From a bacterium (GTDB lineage Bacteria; Patescibacteriota; Minisyncoccia; Phycocordibacterales; DATDWN01), in NCBI GenBank assembly GCA_037134875.1, contig JBAXLH010000001.1, forward strand, positions 5,322 through 69,321: a DNA stretch of 64,000 nt, written 5' to 3'. Below, in pieces: positions 30,902 through 38,975 of the stretch. Below the pieces are notes generated by a model. That model searched no databases and was not told the DNA's origin. It saw nothing but the letters and a program-made list of their open reading frames with translations. Position numbers and translations under genes: made by a program. The first letter of the stretch is position 1, and the number at the start of each line of letters is the position of its first letter.

Positions 30902-32365
30902 CTACTTGGTGGTTTCGGTCTCGGCTTCGAGCTTCCACCATGTGTTGAACAAATTTTCCACAAACTTGCCAATGGTGTACCAAATCGCCATTTTGTGGAG
31001 ATGCCCAGCAGTGAAAATCTTCACAGTCCGCTCGGACACCTGCGCCTTTTCAATCTTTTCTTCCCACTCGATGATCTCGCGGGAAAGATTATCACGAGTC
31101 TCCTCTTCCATTTCGGTCACGCAGGCACGGAACCATGCGTAGAGACCGTCGATGGAGACAATCTTGAACTCGTCCGGCTGAATGGTCACTCCGTGACGAC
31201 GGAAGAACACCTCGAGCCGGCGATATAAAAAAGTCAGCTTGTCGTCGGAGACGATCGGCTCCGGATGAGCCAAGCGGTACTTCGCCTTTGCGGCGAGCAA
31301 ACGCTGTCCCCATTCCGAATTCGGTCGACGATTGAACTGGTCACCGAGGAGGAAGAGCGCCTGACGGCAGTCTCCGTTCCAGTTGGCAACTTCATTATTA
31401 CGACGACGCGGAAAGCGTCCGTCTTCCAAGACGTGCACTCCGCAAAACGCGCGGAGCTTCGCCTTGGTCTCAAACCGACGGATGTCAATCACGGCGCCGA
31501 TAATGCGCGATGCGATCTTGGGACCGCACCCTTCGATCGGCTCAAAAATGACGCGATACACATTCAACGCATCGCAGGCTTTTTCCAGATCCCGCTCGCG
31601 CTTGGCTTCTTCCGAAGAGAGCGCGGCGAAAATCTTGTCATTAGCCTTGGCTTCATCGGAAGCCTTTTCCAAATCGCCTTCGGGGAACTTGCCCTCGGGC
31701 GAACAGAAAATCGTACCAATAAGATGCGTGCGCAAACGCTGTCCGCACGCCATACGCGCCTTCATCGCATCCACCCGATTCCGCAAACATTCACGGAGCC
31801 AGATGAGATCGAGGTCACGCGGGCCAACTTCATAAAAGAGCGATTTTTCGCTCGAAAAAAGATTGGCCAGAAGTTCGGCATCGCCGTCTTCCTTCTTTTC
31901 CACACGCTTGCCCTTGAGGACAAACGGAGGAATACGGAACACTTTAGCGTCGATTTCCTGACCACGACGCGCGAGGGCAAAAGCGAGATTGTCGCCCGAA
32001 CCCCCGAGAATCATGGAGATGTTATCGCCCGGCTTGAGGCCGTCATAGGCCGCCGGCACATACGTCGCGAGTTCATAGGTCTTGCCATCCTTGCGGATGA
32101 GCGAAGCCGGTAACTCTTCATAATTCTCTTCCTTTTTCAATTTGCGCCACTGCACGTGGTGCGTACAAAAAGTGGAGAGTTCGTCGCCTTCCTCCACCTT
32201 ACGAAAGTTCACCGGAAACCGGTCGAGCACAAAGTCGAGCTCGTCGGTCTCCGTCTCCAGCTGGAGACTCCTCGTCTCGCCGTTTTCGAGGATCACGACC
32301 TGCGTCGGCCGTGCCTCTCCTTCGGCAGTCTTCTTGATGCGATGCCTGATACCAATAATGCGCAT
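30902..32365 (-). CDS. IS110/Nop-like (Tas-like) RNA-guided protein with degenerate RuvC-like N-terminus
   Basis: Coiled coil then IEGCGPKIASRIIGAVIDIRRFETKAKLRAFCGVHVLEDGRFPRRR..WN..RQALFLLGDQF; AAAGGAGGT SD before MRIIGIRHR; flanked by guide-like arrays; visibly GC-richer than neighbours. Confidence 0.75.
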   Translation of the reverse strand: MRIIGIRHRIKKTAEGEARPTQVVILENGETRSLQLETETDELDFVLDRFPVNFRKVEEGDELSTFCTHHVQWRKLKKEENYEELPASLIRKDGKTYELATYVPAAYDGLKPGDNISMILGGSGDNLAFALARRGQEIDAKVFRIPPFVLKGKRVEKKEDGDAELLANLFSSEKSLFYEVGPRDLDLIWLRECLRNRVDAMKARMACGQRLRTHLIGTIFCSPEGKFPEGDLEKASDEAKANDKIFAALSSEEAKRERDLEKACDALNVYRVIFEPIEGCGPKIASRIIGAVIDIRRFETKAKLRAFCGVHVLEDGRFPRRRNNEVANWNGDCRQALFLLGDQFNRRPNSEWGQRLLAAKAKYRLAHPEPIVSDDKLTFLYRRLEVFFRRHGVTIQPDEFKIVSIDGLYAWFRACVTEMEEETRDNLSREIIEWEEKIEKAQVSERTVKIFTAGHLHKMAIWYTIGKFVENLFNTWWKLEAETETTK

Positions 32366-32412
32366 CAGACCTCCTTTCGCCTTTTCAGGCTGACAATGTA
32401 CAACATCTGCGA

Positions 32413-33028
32413 TGGATACTCGAATGCAAATCCTTTCGAACAATTACAACATAATCCAAAGCAGACAAAGTGAGCATCCTGGCGGTAGTCCTTTCGAACA
32501 CGCGGACTTTAGCTCACAAGAGTTGAGGGTAAACCGCATAACTAAGTTCCGATAAAGGAACACCGATACACTATTACCCTCATCACTGTTCACAAAACTT
32601 TGCACACAGTGATGAGAGGGCGAGATAAAATCAATGTAATTCTTTCGAATAGATCTCCTTTAATCTCGCCCACAGCAGACATTCTCCATAAAGCTCTCAC
32701 GAGCAAGATAGTAGTAGCCTGCTGAAATTATATGAAAAGAACTGTGCGGATACGAGCCCTATATTCCTTTCGGAAAAGGGAGTAATAATCCGCACTGGCA
32801 GACAATCCTCCAAAAACCCTCATGGACATTATTATCTAAGTCTGCCAAAGTATGATTGCAGAGGCGAACATCCCGAACTTATTTCTTGCGAAAAAAGCAC
32901 TTCAAATTCGCCTCTTTCTGTGCAGCGGAAATATAGTCCCAATGGACATATTCACCCAAGCACAGAAACTATGATTGCAGGTGGACAATCGTTTTTTATT
33001 TCTCGGAAAACCAGAAGATTAGTCCACC
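32413..33028 (-). ncRNA. Stem-loop dual-spacer guide array (TIGR-like), 10 units, upstream of the Tas-like gene
   Basis: Same unit grammar, e.g. GTGCGGAT-ACGAGCCCTATA-TTCCTTTCGGAA-AAGGGAGTAATA-ATCCGCAC; five stem types shared with the downstream array. Confidence 0.8.
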
Positions 33029-33044
33029 CTTACTCCAGCGAGTA

Positions 33045-33072
33045 ATAATACACATTTTTTGATATGTGTCAA
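33045..33072 (-). promoter_or_regulatory. Sigma70-type promoter for the array-gene-array unit
   Basis: Minus strand TTGACA-16 nt-TATTAT with TG before the -10 box, 16 bp upstream of the first unit. Confidence 0.7.
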
Positions 33073-33087
33073 AGATTGTTTTGTATT

Positions 33088-33206
33088 ATAAAATCACATA
33101 AAAAGTGTCCTTTGAAAAACATTGCGAGCGCGACGGCGCGAACACGAGGAAAATTTTAGCAAAAATTTATCCGTTTTTTCAAAGGACACTTTTTATGTGA
33201 TTTTAT
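33088..33206. repeat. Palindromic dispersed element (core type B)
   Basis: Perfect arms ATAAAATCACATAAAAAGTGTCCTTTGAAAAA and its reverse complement; core contains GCGCGACGGCGCG. Confidence 0.85.
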
Positions 33207-33799
33207 TTAGTAAGATTTTCTTCCTCTTCCGCCTCTGCAGTTTTTTTGGCATAGGCGATCGGAGCGTCGCCGATTTCGTTGTGTTGAGAGAAAATGATTC
33301 TGCGAACTTCGTCGGGGTTTTTGACAGTCATCAGTGTAAAATCCGGAGTACCCTCCCCCGCCGTCTGTACTTTTATATTTCCAAAGTTGAGCATTGTAGA
33401 GACAAATCCGTGCACATCGATCGTCACGTCTTGAATCTTGTCGAAACGCAGGTTTGTAATTTCCCTATCAAAAATTCTTTTTTGTTCTACATCAATAATT
33501 CTCTTTTCGGTCACATACCAGACGTCCAAATAGTACTTGGTCCACTCGAGGAAAAACGATATCCAGAGAAACAGAATCCAGAGCGAGTAGAAAAATAAAA
33601 AGAGTGCGTATGTATTTCCGGGCAGATGAATGTTTGCAAAAATTCCCGGCAAAAATATTTTGATTGCAACAAAAATAGCAAATGGTAAAAATGCTCCGAG
33701 AAACAAAGAGAGTGCATGACCAAAAAAGACTATCCAGTGTTTTCTGACTTCGAGAATGACGTGTTCGTCAGGATCAAGATGTAATGATTCGTAATTCAT
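33203..33799 (-). CDS. Membrane protein with bacterial PH domain
   Basis: RKHW, two TMs, VTEKRIID..DKIQDVT..FGNIKVQTAG. Confidence 0.8.
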   Translation of the reverse strand: MNYESLHLDPDEHVILEVRKHWIVFFGHALSLFLGAFLPFAIFVAIKIFLPGIFANIHLPGNTYALFLFFYSLWILFLWISFFLEWTKYYLDVWYVTEKRIIDVEQKRIFDREITNLRFDKIQDVTIDVHGFVSTMLNFGNIKVQTAGEGTPDFTLMTVKNPDEVRRIIFSQHNEIGDAPIAYAKKTAEAEEEENLTK

Positions 33800-33802
33800 A
33801 TA

Positions 33803-34063
33803 TCAAAAATATGAGATTGAGAGTGATGCAACAATAAACAACAGCACTGAAATAAATATGAAAAGAGTTTCGGCCACCACAACACCCTGATGACCCATTC
33901 CATATCGCGACCAGTGGTACATAAGTACACAGGTTATAATGAAATAGAAAACAAAAAAGATGAAAAGAAATAGTGAGAGTGATGTTCCATTCAGAAGAGT
34001 GGATACATTGATAGCGAATGGAAATTGTGGAGGAGTAATTTTTGGTATAGATACATCTGACAT
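33803..34063 (-). CDS. Small membrane protein
   Basis: Two TMs around YHWSRYG. Confidence 0.6.
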   Translation of the reverse strand: MSDVSIPKITPPQFPFAINVSTLLNGTSLSLFLFIFFVFYFIITCVLMYHWSRYGMGHQGVVVAETLFIFISVLLFIVASLSISYF

Positions 34064-34082
34064 ATAAAAAGTATATCAAACT

Positions 34083-34976
34083 TTAATCATCATCTCCACC
34101 GCGAGTACGTCCCGTTGAAACAGGGGCTGGAGCTGTTGTTGTTTGACTACCACTGACTGATTGATTGAGATCACCAATATAATACTGTGCGAGCATTGCA
34201 TAAGCAGATGACGAATGATTGCTTCCACGAGCATCTTTGGTTTGAAATGCTACCGTCGCATCTGTTCCACAGAATTTGATTATTTCATTTGCACCACCCG
34301 GATGATTTCCAATAGCATTTGTCACATTGTAAATTTTGCCACTTATAAGAAGCCAACAGCTAGTCTGTGAATTGTGTTTTGCAAGCTCGGAGAGAGTCAA
34401 TGCAACATTTATAGTGCCAGTGCCAGAAGTAGCACCTGTCCCTGTGTTTTGTCCAGATGAATTCTGTGATGATGCCGTACCTCCTGTTTGAGATGTGGTC
34501 TTGCCAGTACCCGTCGTGCCTGAACTCTGGGTTGTCTTGTTGATTGTTTGATTCAAGTCACCGATATAATCCTGTGCGAGCATTTTGTATGCAGTGCTCG
34601 AATGATCATTTCCCCTGCTATCTTTTGTTTCAAACGCAAGTGTTCCGTCTTTTCCACAAAACTTCAAAATCTCTTGCGCACCGCCCGGATGACTGCCGAT
34701 AGAGCTGGTCACGTCATACACTTTTCCACTAACCAAAAGCCAACAACTCGTTTGTGAATTGTGTTTTGCGATTTCAGAAATACTCAGGACGAGATTTTGT
34801 ACACCGGGGATTTTTTTGATTGTGCCAGAAGTAGATGTCCCCCCTGTTTGCTGTCCTGTGTTATCTGTAACATTTCCAGCTTGGTTATTTTGATGTGACA
34901 AAAGCCCAGCCACAACGACCGCGACCGAGAATACAAAAAATATAAAAAGTGATATTGCAACCGATTTTTTTATCAT
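34083..34976 (-). CDS. Membrane-anchored protein with two cytochrome b5-like heme-binding domains
   Basis: Two copies of KHNSQTSCWLL.SGK.Y.VT...HPGG...CG.D.T..F..HS. Confidence 0.9.
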   Translation of the reverse strand: MIKKSVAISLFIFFVFSVAVVVAGLLSHQNNQAGNVTDNTGQQTGGTSTSGTIKKIPGVQNLVLSISEIAKHNSQTSCWLLVSGKVYDVTSSIGSHPGGAQEILKFCGKDGTLAFETKDSRGNDHSSTAYKMLAQDYIGDLNQTINKTTQSSGTTGTGKTTSQTGGTASSQNSSGQNTGTGATSGTGTINVALTLSELAKHNSQTSCWLLISGKIYNVTNAIGNHPGGANEIIKFCGTDATVAFQTKDARGSNHSSSAYAMLAQYYIGDLNQSVSGSQTTTAPAPVSTGRTRGGDDD

Positions 34977-34986
34977 ATGTTTAAAA

Positions 34987-36303
34987 TTATAAACTAAACT
35001 CTTCAGAATGCATACTCCCCTTTTTCACACCAAACTCGGCAAATTGTTCCTTCAGACTCGTGACGAGAGGCAATGGGCCACAGAGCATAATATCTTTGTC
35101 CAAAAATCCATCACTTCTACTACCTATAAACTTTGCATTGATTCTACCATCTGTATCAGAGAGAAATGGAATCAAACGAAAACGCGGACATTGATTTGCA
35201 ACTGATGTGAGTACATCCTGCAAAACAAGTTCCTCTTGATTTCTTACGCAATAGTACAAATCTATTGAATAATCTCGTGCGTATTTTGACAGAGATAAAT
35301 CCACAGCCATACTGACAAATGGTGTAATACCTATTCCACCTGCAATCCAAATTTGTTTTTTGTTTGGAATGTTTTTATATGAAAACACACCAAACGGACC
35401 GTCAATTTTTGCAAGCGTTCCTTTGGAAAGAGTAGGTAAACCCGCTGTATAATCTCCCAAGTTTTTTATTGCAAATTTTATTGTATTTTCCTTTGGCGAC
35501 GAAACAAACGAAAATGGATGTTGTTCGGTGCCTATTTTCCCATCCGCAAAACTAATAAAGGCAAACTGACCCGCAGAATACCTCATCTCTTTATTAAGAC
35601 GAAATGGACTCAGAGTTATTTCCACAATTGAACCGTTGAGTTTTTTGACCTCGTCCACAATATAGTCAAATTGTTTGGTCAAAAATCTGCCCAAAATCGT
35701 GTGGTAGATATAAAATAAAATTCCAAGTCCAGCAAGAGTCAGCATATATTCACGCAATATAATATTTCCAGAGATGTCACTTGTGATAAAAAGTGAGTGC
35801 AAACCGCCAAAGAAAAATGCCAGACCCATATATTTGTGAGTATTTTTCCATGTATTATATTTGAGTGATACAAAAAAAGTGAGGATGAGCAAAACAATCA
35901 TTCCAAAAAGTCCGATCTTGCCAAAAGTAAGTGCCCAGTTGCTACTTGGCAACCAAAAATCCGCAGCACTTCTCAGTGAAAATGTGAGGTAGTTGTAAGT
36001 CAGAAAAATCGGATGAAAGAGGAGAAGTATAAATGCTATTGCTCCGATACGATGGTGATTTATGTAAATGCGATTGAGACCATTGAACCACTCGTTCCAA
36101 AATCTCACTCGTGCCGACAAAATGAGACTTATTGAAAACATCGCCATACCGACAAGACCGGTGACTTGACCGAGGCTCGTAAACACACTGCCGGCGTCAG
36201 CGAAACGCACGGATAGAGATAACATAAAAATCCAAATAATTGCCGGAATAACCGACAATATAGTCACGACCCACCATCCAAAATTTTCTTTTATGTATCT
36301 CAT
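34987..36303 (-). CDS. Ferric reductase-like transmembrane FAD/NAD(P)H oxidoreductase
   Basis: His-containing TMs, HPFSFVS, DGPFG, IAGGIGITPF, LCGP, EEF. Confidence 0.9.
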   Translation of the reverse strand: MRYIKENFGWWVVTILSVIPAIIWIFMLSLSVRFADAGSVFTSLGQVTGLVGMAMFSISLILSARVRFWNEWFNGLNRIYINHHRIGAIAFILLLFHPIFLTYNYLTFSLRSAADFWLPSSNWALTFGKIGLFGMIVLLILTFFVSLKYNTWKNTHKYMGLAFFFGGLHSLFITSDISGNIILREYMLTLAGLGILFYIYHTILGRFLTKQFDYIVDEVKKLNGSIVEITLSPFRLNKEMRYSAGQFAFISFADGKIGTEQHPFSFVSSPKENTIKFAIKNLGDYTAGLPTLSKGTLAKIDGPFGVFSYKNIPNKKQIWIAGGIGITPFVSMAVDLSLSKYARDYSIDLYYCVRNQEELVLQDVLTSVANQCPRFRLIPFLSDTDGRINAKFIGSRSDGFLDKDIMLCGPLPLVTSLKEQFAEFGVKKGSMHSEEFSL

Positions 36304-36374
36304 AGGTTTTTAAAAGTTTGCGAGTTTTGTAAATTAAAACTACGGCGAGATCATTTTCTTTTCTGAATTATAGT

Positions 36375-36500
36375 TTTACGACCCTTGTCTCGGCACAGTA
36401 ATTTTGGAGCACGCGATAAGTCCTGCTGGACTTTCGCTCAATCTCGCGCCGTCGCGCTCCGAAGTCTCCAAAATCACTGCGCCTTCGACGTGGTCGTAAA
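36375..36500. repeat. Palindromic dispersed element (type A-related, reverse orientation)
   Basis: Arms TTTACGACC/GGTCGTAAA and CAGTAATTTTGGAG/CTCCAAAATCACTG; core TCTCGCGCCGTCGCGCT. Confidence 0.8.
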
Positions 36501-36505
36501 TCTTT

Positions 36506-37597
36506 TCAAAGTAACTTTAATATATCATGTCCGGTAATAACAATCATCAACACCAAAAGCAGAGCAAAGCCGATCGCATTCGTCCATTGGAATATTTTTG
36601 GTGGGATTGGTCGGCGAATTATTTTTTCTATCAGAATGAAAAACAATCGGCCTCCATCGAGTGCTGGAAATGGAATGAGGTTAATGACTGCGAGGTTGAT
36701 AGAGATGAGAGCAACGAGAGACAAGATGTACACAAAACCCAAATCTTTTGCCTCGGAAAATGATCCGGCAATTCCCACCGGACCGGCGACTTGGGAGAGA
36801 TCAAAATGAAATGTCACAATGTTGTACAAAAATCCAAAGAGACCAGTCACAGTACTTTTTACTAGGAGAATTGTCGTTCGGCCTCCCTCGTACAGCGCAC
36901 CAAAGAAAGAAAGTTTGACTGTGCCAATCGTATCCATCGAAATACCGATCATTCTTTTGCCACCGAGATTTGGTGTGAGTGAAATGTTTTTTGACGCTTC
37001 GGCTCCCCGCTTGTACGTCATATCAATTTTTTCCGACAAGCTTTTTGCAATAAGTTCTGAAATTTTTTCCGGTGGAATTGCATCTCCAGCAAGCACATTT
37101 TTACCAGCACCAACAGAGAGAATGGTATCTCCCGCACGCAAGCCCGCCTTTTCTGCTGGCGACCCAGGAAAAACATTTATAATAACTGTATGAGCGTTGG
37201 AAACATTTGCACCACTAATATATCCAACCGGTGACGGGAGACCAAGCATAAATCCAAGTGAAATTAGAATCCATGCAAAGATAATGTTAAATGTAACTCC
37301 AGCCACAAGCACGAGAGCTTGAATCCATTTTGGTTTGTAGAAAAAACTGCGAGGTTTGTCTGCCTCACTGATTTCCTGACTATGAGGATCTTCACCAAAA
37401 ATTTTTACAAATCCGCCAAACGGAATTGCATTTATGGAATACACCGTCTCGCCTATTTTCTTGCCGTATACCTTTGGTGGAAAACCGAGACCAAATTCAT
37501 CTACACGAATACCTGACTTTTTTGCAACAATAAAATGTCCAAACTCGTGGACCAAAATCAAAATTGCAAGCGCAACAATAAAAATAAGAATGGACAT
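36506..37597 (-). CDS. rseP: RIP metalloprotease RseP (M50, PDZ)
   Basis: HEFGH, PFGGFVKI, NLIPFPALDGG. Confidence 0.92.
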   Translation of the reverse strand: MSILIFIVALAILILVHEFGHFIVAKKSGIRVDEFGLGFPPKVYGKKIGETVYSINAIPFGGFVKIFGEDPHSQEISEADKPRSFFYKPKWIQALVLVAGVTFNIIFAWILISLGFMLGLPSPVGYISGANVSNAHTVIINVFPGSPAEKAGLRAGDTILSVGAGKNVLAGDAIPPEKISELIAKSLSEKIDMTYKRGAEASKNISLTPNLGGKRMIGISMDTIGTVKLSFFGALYEGGRTTILLVKSTVTGLFGFLYNIVTFHFDLSQVAGPVGIAGSFSEAKDLGFVYILSLVALISINLAVINLIPFPALDGGRLFFILIEKIIRRPIPPKIFQWTNAIGFALLLVLMIVITGHDILKLL

Positions 37598-37627
37598 TGG
37601 AAATTATATTTAGTCGAACGCAAATAA

Positions 37628-38179
37628 TTATTCAGCTATCTCCTTTTCTTTTTTGCTAAAAATTTCATCAAGAGTTCTGCCAGAGTCATCAACAATTTTC
37701 TGTAATTCTGTTTTCAATCTAAATTTTTCATCTTCTGACAATTCACCAGATTTTTCTTTTGCATCTACATCTTTGATAATTTTTTCTCTTTCTGTGCGTA
37801 GGGTCACTCGAGCATCCTCCAGTTTTTGTTTTGCAACTTTGACGAGTGCGAGTCTCCTGTCCCCAGTAAGTTCAGGAAACACAACTCTGATACCATTTCC
37901 ATCAACAACCACTGAGAGCCCGAGATCCGAAGCCACGATTCCCTTTTCAATCGCTTTGACCTGACTCGCATCCCATGGCGCGATTCGTATCATCCGAGCA
38001 TCCTCCACAGAAATATTTGCAAGCTGATTGATCGGTATTTCCGAGCCATACGCCTCTACTTTGACACCATCCAAAATCGCAGGTGTCGCTCTACCTGTGC
38101 GTATCCCGCTCATCTCCTTTTTGAGCCATTCTTCTAGATCTTTAATGTTTTGTTTAAATTGTGAAAAATTGTATGACAT
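37628..38179 (-). CDS. frr: Ribosome recycling factor
   Basis: IRTGRATP, PELTGDRR, KEKEI. Confidence 0.93.
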   Translation of the reverse strand: MSYNFSQFKQNIKDLEEWLKKEMSGIRTGRATPAILDGVKVEAYGSEIPINQLANISVEDARMIRIAPWDASQVKAIEKGIVASDLGLSVVVDGNGIRVVFPELTGDRRLALVKVAKQKLEDARVTLRTEREKIIKDVDAKEKSGELSEDEKFRLKTELQKIVDDSGRTLDEIFSKKEKEIAE

Positions 38180-38244
38180 AATAAAGCTATTATACCAAAA
38201 TAGACAAAAGAAATCATCCCTTGCCATCCCTGCCAATTTTCATT

Positions 38245-38916
38245 CTAAATCGACAAAAGTAGGTTCTCCAAAATCATTTTGACAGGTGCGCCGTTGTCAA
38301 AGAGTGAGCTCCTGGCAGACTCGCAGAGTTTCAGCGATTTTTCCGAGCTCGCGACACCTTTCATATATAATGATCTCTCAATCTTATTTACCAAATCAAC
38401 AGCATCTTGTTTGGTTTTCTCTTCATCTTTGATACCATCCACCACTTCTTTTACAAGACCCATTCGCTCGCTCATATTCATTTTTGAAATTGTGAGCAGA
38501 TTTTTTTCCTCGTTCTCATCAGTATGCAAAATTATGTGGAGCCTCGAACGCAATGTCGGCAAGAGATTATCTTGTGGCATAACCAAAAAGAAATGTGTAC
38601 CGGCTGTTGGCTCTTCAAACACTTTGAGCAGAGCATTTTGCGCCTGCTCCGTAATACTGTTGGCTTCCAATATAAAAATTTTTCTTTTACCACCGAGATC
38701 TTTGACCTCCTGTGAAAATGAAAGCTGTCTGGCCTCATCAACACTTATTACATCAAACTTCCTGTGCAAAAAATCTGGGTTGCCGGAAATAGCAATACGG
38801 AGTGACTTCTCAAAAAATACTGAGAGTTTCGGTACCGTCTCCCGTGGATCACCCACAATAAAATACGCGTGATGAAGTGTACCTGTCGTTTTGTACGTTT
38901 GTTCCAGAATTTTCAT
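38245..38916 (-). CDS. holB: DNA polymerase III delta-prime-like subunit (short form)
   Basis: HHAY, NPDF, AQNALLKVFEEP, LLPTLRSR. Confidence 0.75.
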   Translation of the reverse strand: MKILEQTYKTTGTLHHAYFIVGDPRETVPKLSVFFEKSLRIAISGNPDFLHRKFDVISVDEARQLSFSQEVKDLGGKRKIFILEANSITEQAQNALLKVFEEPTAGTHFFLVMPQDNLLPTLRSRLHIILHTDENEEKNLLTISKMNMSERMGLVKEVVDGIKDEEKTKQDAVDLVNKIERSLYMKGVASSEKSLKLCESARSSLFDNGAPVKMILENLLLSI

Positions 38917-38975
38917 AGTGACTATTATAGCAAAAGAAAAGCCCCGCCGAAACGGGACATTAATGGACAACAGTA

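Noticed and set aside
30082-30983. Short ORFs across the downstream array
   Set aside because: They overlap structured repeat units and have no protein motifs
31265-32113. 282-aa plus-strand ORF
   Set aside because: Antisense shadow of the GC-rich Tas-like gene
30902-32443. Ordinary IS110 insertion sequence, and the longer 513-aa start
   Set aside because: Catalytic motifs not evident and 27 guide-like units rather than one bridge RNA; the upstream start overlaps the array while ATG 32365 has a strong SD
29767-33028. CRISPR array interpretation
   Set aside because: No constant direct repeat, variable segments only ~12 nt and paired within a stem, no cas genes
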